64,000 nt of DNA from Lachnospiraceae bacterium (GTDB taxonomy: Bacteria; Bacillota; Clostridia; Lachnospirales; Lachnospiraceae), in NCBI GenBank assembly GCA_017443065.1, contig JAFSPF010000079.1, positions 11,326-75,325 on the forward strand, in the 5' to 3' direction. The notes beneath the pieces were generated by a model. It ran no database searches, was not told the origin of the DNA, and was given only the letters and a program-made list of their open reading frames with translations. A program made the translations under genes and the position numbers. The stretch's first letter is position 1, and every line of letters begins with the position of its first letter. Shown piece by piece: positions 57,739 to 64,000 of this stretch.

Positions 57739-58560
57739 CTATAACACCTTGCTCAAAAACTGCCGCGTTTTTTCCTTTTGCGGGCGGTCGAAGATTTCCT
57801 CCGGCGTGCCCTCCTCGTAGATGAGGCCGTCGGCGATGAAGAGGACGCGATCCGCAACCTCGCGGGCGAAGCCGATCTCGTGCGTGACGATCAATGTGGT
57901 CATGCCGGACCTTGCGAGATCGCGGATGACATCCAGCACTTCCTTGACCATCTCTGGGTCCAGGGCGCTTGTGGGTTCGTCAAAGAGCATCACGTCCGGC
58001 TCCATCGCGAGCGCGCGCACGATGGCAAGGCGCTGCTTCTGTCCGCCGGAAAGTCTTGTCGGGTATTCGTTCTTTTTTTCCAGGAGGCCGACGCGTTCGA
58101 GCAGTTCCTCCGCTTTTTTCTCCGCCTCCGCCTTCGGGATGTTCTTTTCGAGCACCGGCGAAAGCGTGATGTTGTCGATCACGGACAGGTGCGGAAAGAC
58201 GTTGAAGTGCTGGAAGACCATGCCGATACGCTGTCGTGCGGTGCGGACGGCTCCCGTGTTTTTCGCGGTCGTCTCACGCGCAAGAAACAGCGTGCGCAGC
58301 ATCTCCTTCGCGGAACGCGAAGACGCTTTGTCCGCCTTTGCGCACATCAGCGGCTCTCCCTCGAAATAAATCTCTCCCGCCTCCGGCGTCTCCAGCAGAT
58401 TGAGGCAGCGCAGGAAGGTGCTCTTCCCGCCTCCGGAGGCACCGATGATCGCGACCGTCTCACCCTCGAAGAAGGCGCTGTCGATGCCCTTTAAGACCTC
58501 CTCTTTTCCGAAGGATTTGTGCAGGGCCTTTGTCCGGAGGATTTCACGCTTTCCGTTCAT
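57739..58560 (-). CDS. amino-acid ABC transporter ATP-binding protein
   Basis: Walker [18 protein letters not shown] and [13 protein letters not shown]. The segment before the Q-loop is longer than usual. Confidence 0.9.
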   Translation of the reverse strand: MNGKREILRTKALHKSFGKEEVLKGIDSAFFEGETVAIIGASGGGKSTFLRCLNLLETPEAGEIYFEGEPLMCAKADKASSRSAKEMLRTLFLARETTAKNTGAVRTARQRIGMVFQHFNVFPHLSVIDNITLSPVLEKNIPKAEAEKKAEELLERVGLLEKKNEYPTRLSGGQKQRLAIVRALAMEPDVMLFDEPTSALDPEMVKEVLDVIRDLARSGMTTLIVTHEIGFAREVADRVLFIADGLIYEEGTPEEIFDRPQKEKTRQFLSKVL

Positions 58561-59215
58561 TCGATTTCATCCTCCTTTCCAGGATGCCGAGCAGTCTTGT
58601 CAGCAGGAAGGTCATGGCAAAGTAAATGACGCCAGCGATCGTCAGCGAGGGGATGGATTTGAAGGTCACCGACTGCACCGTCTTGTACGAGGTCGTGAGT
58701 TCGGAAACAAAAAAAACGGAGGCCAGCGACGTTTCCTTGATCATCATGATGAATTCGTTGCCGAGCGCGGGCAGAATGTTTTTCAATGCCTGCGGATAAA
58801 TGATGCGCGAAAACAGATGCCACCTGCCAAGACCGAGGCTTAAGCCCGCCTCCGTCTGCCCGTGATCGACCGCCTGGATGCCGGCCCTTACCACCTCCGC
58901 GACATAGGCGCCGGAATTGAAGATCAGCGCCGTCACGATGCTGACCGTGTCCGACACCTCAAAGGGCATGATCTTCGGCAGGAAGAGCCAGAAAAAATAA
59001 AGCTGCAGCAGAATCGGCGTCCCGCGCACCACCTCAATGTAGCACTTCATGAGAAAGCGCGTCGGACGGAAGCGCGCATTGCGGATCAGCGCGACCGCCG
59101 TCCCGATCACGGTTGCCACCAGAACGGTCAGGAGGGACATCCACAATGTCCCCCACAACCCTTCCATGTATAAGGGGCCGTATCTCGCCCAGAGTTTTCC
59201 GATGTCTTCTAACAT
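58544..59215 (-). CDS. amino-acid ABC transporter permease (HisM/GlnP type)
   Basis: RGTPILLQL motif. Five TM helices. Confidence 0.9.
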   Translation of the reverse strand: MLEDIGKLWARYGPLYMEGLWGTLWMSLLTVLVATVIGTAVALIRNARFRPTRFLMKCYIEVVRGTPILLQLYFFWLFLPKIMPFEVSDTVSIVTALIFNSGAYVAEVVRAGIQAVDHGQTEAGLSLGLGRWHLFSRIIYPQALKNILPALGNEFIMMIKETSLASVFFVSELTTSYKTVQSVTFKSIPSLTIAGVIYFAMTFLLTRLLGILERRMKSNERKA

Positions 59216-59257
59216 AATCGCCGCTGCCGCAAGGACGTCTGCGCTTCCCCCTGTGTT

Positions 59258-60202
59258 TTATTCCACGCCCAGCTCCGCGGCGTATTCCGCGTATTCGCCG
59301 TACCACTTCTCATACTGTCCGTCGGCCAGAAGCTCCGCGATGCACTCGTTGACAAAGGCGGTCAGCTCATCCTCCCCCTTCATCATGGCAACGCGCTCGC
59401 CGTCCAGCTCCGGCGGCATGTGGAAGCGGAAGGGCTCCACGATCATCAGGTTTGCATTCGGATTGCTCTCAATAAACAGCAGCGCGTTTTCGACGGAAAC
59501 CGCCGCCGCGTCCGCCTTGCCCTCCTGCAGCGTCAGAAAGGCGTCCGACATCGCGCTCACGCGCTTGAATTCTTTGTATTCCGGCACTTCCTGGTTGACC
59601 AGCGCTTCCTGCAGGGAACCGCTCTGCGTCACGATGATCTTGTCCGCGAGGTCCTCTGGTCCCTTGATCTCCTCCGCGTCATCCGCGTTGATCATCAGGC
59701 CGTAGCCGTAATCGTCCACGGAAAAATGATAGCCGTCGGAAAGATTCATCGCCTCCGCGCGCACCGGCGTGTAGGCAAGCGCGGAAATCGCCATGTCGTA
59801 TTTGCCCTCCGGGACGCTCGCCAGCACGGCGGAAAACTCCAGGGGCACGATCTCCAGCGTAACACCCATCTTTTCCGCGATGTACTTTGCCAGTTCGATG
59901 TCCGCGCCGACATACTGTTCCTGTCCGGTCTTCGTCGGGTCGATAAATTCGTTCGGCGCAAAGTACGGTTCCGTCGCGACGGTCAGCACGCCGCGTGCCT
60001 TGATTTCTTCGAGGCGGTTCGACGGTGCCGCAGCTGTTTCCGTTGCGCCGGCCTCCGCCGCTGTTGTCTCCGTCTGCGCTCCTGCTGCCGTCTCCGACGC
60101 CTGCGCGGCACTTGTCTGCTGTGTGGCGCTCTGTGCGCTGCCGCATCCCGCAAGCAGCATCAGCGCCGCCAGACTTCCCGCAATCCATCTGTTCTTTTTC
60201 AT
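59258..60202 (-). CDS. amino-acid ABC transporter substrate-binding lipoprotein
   Basis: Lipobox LLAGCG, an Ala/Thr/Glu linker and a family-3 solute-binding domain. Confidence 0.88.
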   Translation of the reverse strand: MKKNRWIAGSLAALMLLAGCGSAQSATQQTSAAQASETAAGAQTETTAAEAGATETAAAPSNRLEEIKARGVLTVATEPYFAPNEFIDPTKTGQEQYVGADIELAKYIAEKMGVTLEIVPLEFSAVLASVPEGKYDMAISALAYTPVRAEAMNLSDGYHFSVDDYGYGLMINADDAEEIKGPEDLADKIIVTQSGSLQEALVNQEVPEYKEFKRVSAMSDAFLTLQEGKADAAAVSVENALLFIESNPNANLMIVEPFRFHMPPELDGERVAMMKGEDELTAFVNECIAELLADGQYEKWYGEYAEYAAELGVE

Positions 60203-60407
60203 CTCCGTCCTCCCGTTTTCTTTCGGTCTTTTCTTCCGTGTCCGCTCCTGTCGTTTGCCCTGCTTCTTTATTGTATTACCGCTTTACCTTGCTAAAGTGA
60301 CAAGGTACAGTATAACACGCGATCCTCCCTCTGTCCATATATGCCGGACATTTCATATGATGCTTTTGTATTAAGGGATGAATTCTTCCTGACTGCGGCG
60401 CATCAGC

Positions 60408-61646
60408 TTACATTGCTTCCAGAAAGCGGCGGATGGCACCGGCGTCCGGCGGACAGCCGGGAAGGGAGCGCGCAAACTGCGCGGTGCAGCGGCCGACGCC
60501 GCAGGGCCCGCTTTTGCCCTGAAAGCCCTGCCCGACGCAGACGGTCTCCTTCAGCGCAGAAAGCGTGCCCGCACGCTCCATGCGGGACAACGCATGAATC
60601 AGCGCCCCGTAACAGGCGCTGCATGCCTGATCCTCTATAGTATGCGCGGCCAACCGCGCAACGCGGCGGGACGGAGCCGGCTCCGGCGCCTGCATGATTT
60701 CCGATGAGCGGCTTGTGCGCCATGGAGCCGGGACAGGCGCATCGTGAGCGCCATTGCGCGAAGCGATGTGCGCATCCGGCCCGGCGGAATGTCCGGCGCA
60801 ATAGAGCGAAGCGGAAACATCAGGCGTCGGAGCCGGCACCGCACCGCCAGGTTCGTTCACGTAGATGCGCCGCGCCGCCGCAACATCCGCACTGCCGACA
60901 CCGAGCCGCTCCGCGAGCCCCACATAGGGCACGTCCGCCAGCGCATAGCCCATCGCCTCGCAGACGAAGGCATCGCAGAGCACGGGATCGCGGAAGGCGA
61001 GGATGCGGTCCATCACGACGGGATTGCCGCCCTCCTCGAAATCCAGGTCCCCGCAGATGTTGTCCACGAGAATGAAATCATTTTTGCAGACGGTGTTCAA
61101 GTGCGCGATCGGCTTATGCAGCCCCAGCGTGTGAAAGCGCCGCTTCTCGAAATCCGGTATCACGCCCTTGTTGTTTTTGAGGGCGCAGGTGACCTTTGTC
61201 TGCGCATGTCCTTTTAAGACCGGCAGATTGATCATGAAATCGACCGCCATCGCGCGGTCACAGACGGCGATGTCCATGCCGGCCGCGTCGTAGGTCGTGT
61301 ATGTGTCTTTCTTCATGTCAAGAAAGGGCACGCCGTACTTTTCGCAGACGCGGTTGTGATAACAGATCTGGAAGACATCCTCCGTGCGCGCGCCAACCCA
61401 GGCGCTCTCCATCACGGTGATGTCCCTGAAGCCGTGCGCCTGTAAATACTCGATCACACCGGCCAGAATCTCCGGATGCGTCGTGGCCCCCTCCTCCGGC
61501 GGCGTGGTCGTGACGAGGTTCGGCTTTAAGGCGATGCTCTTTCCGGTATCACCGATCAGGGAGGCCAGGTCACAGGCCTCCAAAATACGCAGGGTCATCT
61601 CCTGATACTCCCTGCCGTGGATAAAATAAATGTCATTGGGATTCAT
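60408..61646 (-). CDS. DUF362 domain protein carrying an in-frame copy of the structured repeat in its inter-domain linker
   Basis: IALKPNLV and the NLPVLKGH DUF362 core. C-terminal Cys-rich segment CSACYGAL...CVGQG..CGVGRC. The linker ...HIASRNGAHDAPVPAPWRTSRSSE... is encoded by repeat copy B. Confidence 0.8.
   Translation of the reverse strand: MNPNDIYFIHGREYQEMTLRILEACDLASLIGDTGKSIALKPNLVTTTPPEEGATTHPEILAGVIEYLQAHGFRDITVMESAWVGARTEDVFQICYHNRVCEKYGVPFLDMKKDTYTTYDAAGMDIAVCDRAMAVDFMINLPVLKGHAQTKVTCALKNNKGVIPDFEKRRFHTLGLHKPIAHLNTVCKNDFILVDNICGDLDFEEGGNPVVMDRILAFRDPVLCDAFVCEAMGYALADVPYVGLAERLGVGSADVAAARRIYVNEPGGAVPAPTPDVSASLYCAGHSAGPDAHIASRNGAHDAPVPAPWRTSRSSEIMQAPEPAPSRRVARLAAHTIEDQACSACYGALIHALSRMERAGTLSALKETVCVGQGFQGKSGPCGVGRCTAQFARSLPGCPPDAGAIRRFLEAM
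60691..60823. repeat. structured ~130-bp repeat, copy B (inside the DUF362 CDS)
   Basis: Same orientation as 26846..26975 and about 80% identical by eye. The palindromic arms are retained. Confidence 0.8.
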
Positions 61647-61689
61647 GGATCTATTATACTACATTCGGCAAAAGAACCGCCTCATGAAT

Positions 61690-62889
61690 TTACATGTGAA
61701 AACTCACCAGCGGCGCGGTCATCCCCGCAGCCGGCGCGGTGCCTGACGCGTCCAGACCGGAGAAGGGAACCGCGGGAGAGCCGCCCAGCTGTCCGTTCAC
61801 CGAAGAGGAACCGCCTCCCGTTCCGGGCACGCGGCCTGCCTTCATCAGCTCGCGTTTGATCATTTCCTTCAGATAATCCATATCGGCCTTCACCATGGCC
61901 TTCTCTTCCTGATTGCGGTGCTTGCGCTTCAGTTCCTTGAGCTCCTGCTCATCCATATGCGGATCGATGATTTCCATGCTTTCCACCAGCGCCATGGTTT
62001 CTTCCAGCTGCTCGAACATCTCCTCGCCGAATTCGGCCAGCTCCTTCATCATCTGCTCCTGGAAATCCTCGGAGACGACACCCTCCGCCGCCTGCTCCTT
62101 CAACTGGTCCAGCAGCGCGAGGCGCTCTTCAAAGATTTCATCTTCCTTCGCGGCAATCTCTTCTTCCGTCAGCTGCGTCAACGCGCTGTGCATTCCCTCC
62201 GCGGCTTCCTCCATGCGGTTCTTCTGCTCGTCGCGTTCCATGACGGTCTTCGCCATTTCCTCCAGCTCCAGGTGATGCTTCTTTTTGCGCGCCACGGCCT
62301 CCATGCGCTTCGCATGCACCAGCGCCAAATGCAGTTCCTCCGCATCGCCGCCGCCCGTGTTCAGCTTGGCCTTCAGCTGCTGCACCTTGCGCTTGGCGGT
62401 CAGCACGGCCTGTCCCGCGCTCACGGAGGTCTTCGCACTCCGGATCTTGTTTTCCACCTGCTTGCCGTTGTAGGTATCGTCCGCCGTGGACATCTGGTCG
62501 TCATCATCGGTCGGTGCGCCGGAAAGGCTTAAGAAATCATTCATCTTTTCCTGCAGGGTGCCGGCGTATACCTTGCCGCCCCCCTGGGCCAGCTTTTGCT
62601 GCTGCTGCAGCTGCTGCTGTTTTAAGTCACGCAGCATGTCCCGGATTTCCTGCATCCTTCTGGATGCGGCTTCCGTATCCTTCTGTGTCTGTCGTGATGT
62701 GAAATCGGAAAGCACGCCGTTACCGGAGGAGGCGGCGTATTTCGTCAGATTCGCTGCGGATTGTGCACGATGCACCGCGCCGGGCATGCCGGCCTGCATT
62801 GCGCGGGAAGAAGGCGTCTGCAGCCCGTAGGGGGAGCCGTTCACGCCTGTCTGCTGAAGGAAACTTCCGTTAAAAGAGATGTTTGCCAT
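61690..62889 (-). CDS. hypothetical Glu/Gln-rich coiled-coil protein
   Basis: ATG at 62889 follows GGGAGG. Long heptad-like acidic helices and a poly-Q patch. No TM helix and no recognised domain. Confidence 0.65.
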   Translation of the reverse strand: MANISFNGSFLQQTGVNGSPYGLQTPSSRAMQAGMPGAVHRAQSAANLTKYAASSGNGVLSDFTSRQTQKDTEAASRRMQEIRDMLRDLKQQQLQQQQKLAQGGGKVYAGTLQEKMNDFLSLSGAPTDDDDQMSTADDTYNGKQVENKIRSAKTSVSAGQAVLTAKRKVQQLKAKLNTGGGDAEELHLALVHAKRMEAVARKKKHHLELEEMAKTVMERDEQKNRMEEAAEGMHSALTQLTEEEIAAKEDEIFEERLALLDQLKEQAAEGVVSEDFQEQMMKELAEFGEEMFEQLEETMALVESMEIIDPHMDEQELKELKRKHRNQEEKAMVKADMDYLKEMIKRELMKAGRVPGTGGGSSSVNGQLGGSPAVPFSGLDASGTAPAAGMTAPLVSFHM

Positions 62890-63013
62890 CGCAACCTCCC
62901 TGTTGCACTTTGTCGTCCGGAATCCCTTCCGGACCGGTGGAACCGATACTTCCACTCTTTATATCGGCAAAAAAGCGTGCTTGCTTAACCCGTCCGCGGC
63001 CAAAAGACAGGCT

Positions 63014-64000
63014 TTACCACAATTCTCCCGCGATCGCGGGGAGCGGCGCACGGAACAGTTCGAACAAGCTTTCGTCGTCGTATTCCTCCCGGAGGGCACC
63101 GCCCTCGCCGGAATGATCGTTCCAGAGCATGTAGCAGGCGCCCTTCATCTGCGGCGAATAGGCGGGGATGGTAAAGGTATTCCGGCCGTCCTCAAAGGTA
63201 TTGGGCGACCACACCTCCTCTCCCGCGGCCAGCTCCTGCAGCTCCTGCCCCGTGCCGGGGATGATATAAAGCTGATGCGAAAGCGAATTGATGATGCCGT
63301 GGCCCCGGGCAAAGGCGCGGCGCACGTCGCACCACTCCGGCGACCAGACCTGCATCGTGAGGTCCGCTGGCAGGTCATAGGGCAGATCCTCATACCAGTC
63401 GAGCGAGCCCCAGACGCGAAGCTCCTTCTCCGGCGCGAGCGAAGCCACATAAGCGGTCATGTCCTTCAGATACGAAAGATACACCTCCCCCTCGCCGAAG
63501 TATTCGTCCATGCCGAGATGCAGCACGGGGCAGTCCGCAAAGAGCGCGTCCTCCCCGCTGAGGTATTCGCTCCAGAGATTCTTTGCAAAGGTCTTTGCAT
63601 CCTCCGAAGAAAGATCGAGCGTGTCCGCCATGTCCGTGATCCGCTTGACGCCAAGCTCCGGAAACACGCGGATGAAGGCGAGCGAATGCGCGGGCGTATC
63701 GATCTCCGGCACGATCGTCACGCCGAGCGAAGCGGCATACTGCACCAGCGCCTTGAATTCCGCATCGGTATAATACAGGTCCGTCGAGGTGATGCCCTCG
63801 CCCTGCTCATTTTCTATGGACGATTCCAGGCGGAAGCCCGCATACAGATCATAGGCGCCCTGCAGCGTCCCGTCATAACTGTGCTCCGCCACGATATGAT
63901 TGTCATTCAAATGCAGCTGCAGCGTGTTCATCTTATTCCGCGAGAGTTCCTCCACCACGCGGTACAGCCATTCCATGGGCACCATACGCCTCGCCACGTC
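63014..64000 (-). CDS. glycoside hydrolase family 20-like (beta-N-acetylhexosaminidase), N-terminus outside the window
   Basis: MNTLQLHLNDN, EIDTPAHS and HLGMDEY match the GH20 catalytic barrel. The ORF is open to the window edge. Confidence 0.7.
   Translation of the reverse strand, partial: DVARRMVPMEWLYRVVEELSRNKMNTLQLHLNDNHIVAEHSYDGTLQGAYDLYAGFRLESSIENEQGEGITSTDLYYTDAEFKALVQYAASLGVTIVPEIDTPAHSLAFIRVFPELGVKRITDMADTLDLSSEDAKTFAKNLWSEYLSGEDALFADCPVLHLGMDEYFGEGEVYLSYLKDMTAYVASLAPEKELRVWGSLDWYEDLPYDLPADLTMQVWSPEWCDVRRAFARGHGIINSLSHQLYIIPGTGQELQELAAGEEVWSPNTFEDGRNTFTIPAYSPQMKGACYMLWNDHSGEGGALREEYDDESLFELFRAPLPAIAGELW

Overview
The window looks like chromosomal DNA from a GC-rich, Gram-positive anaerobe of the Clostridia type. 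Signs of this are lipobox lipoproteins, AGGAGG-type ribosome-binding sites (RBS), thl-crt-hbd butyrate genes and a long-form HPF. All family calls rest on motifs I recognised in the supplied translations; no database search was run.

Most of the window is ordinary housekeeping:
- A tRNA-Thr, a YigZ-family gene and a class A PBP.
- A large glycerol/dihydroxyacetone cluster: glpK, glpF, a three-gene FAD/DUF1667 glycerol-3-phosphate oxidoreductase set, and dhaKLM.
- An HD-GYP protein.
- An unusual transport cluster: MalFG-type permeases, a HlyD-like adaptor, a MacB-periplasmic-domain-only protein and a giant solute-binding lipoprotein, with no ATPase gene.
- A very large M16 lipoprotein peptidase.
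- thl-crt-hbd, hpf, an NlpC/P60 hydrolase, cysE-trxB and dinB.
- A CUT2 sugar ABC system, rplJ-rplL, an amino-acid ABC system, a DUF362 gene and a partial GH20 gene.

The most interesting stretch is a clearly more AT-rich block at about 42.9-55.9 kb. It sits directly upstream of rplJ, where rplK-rplA would normally be. It encodes:
- A signal-less Mbeg1/DUF2974-type alpha/beta-hydrolase (GHSKGG) whose C-terminal ~90 aa look like a WXG100/LXG helical hairpin.
- An adjacent 80-aa ORF carrying a W-x-G motif.
- Membrane-tethered paralogue families on both sides, with recombination scars and one frameshifted copy.
- A Phd/ParE toxin-antitoxin pair with an operator palindrome.
- An unannotated 29-aa hydrophobic peptide ORF.

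I read this block as a candidate 'reverse-architecture' lipase effector with a polymorphic immunity-gene array. That reading is inference only, and no secretion-machinery genes lie in this window.

A second notable signal is a ~130-bp structured repeat present twice. One copy lies in the hbd 3' UTR. The other is read through in-frame inside the DUF362 gene. The two copies differ by a compensatory base-pair change in the predicted stem.
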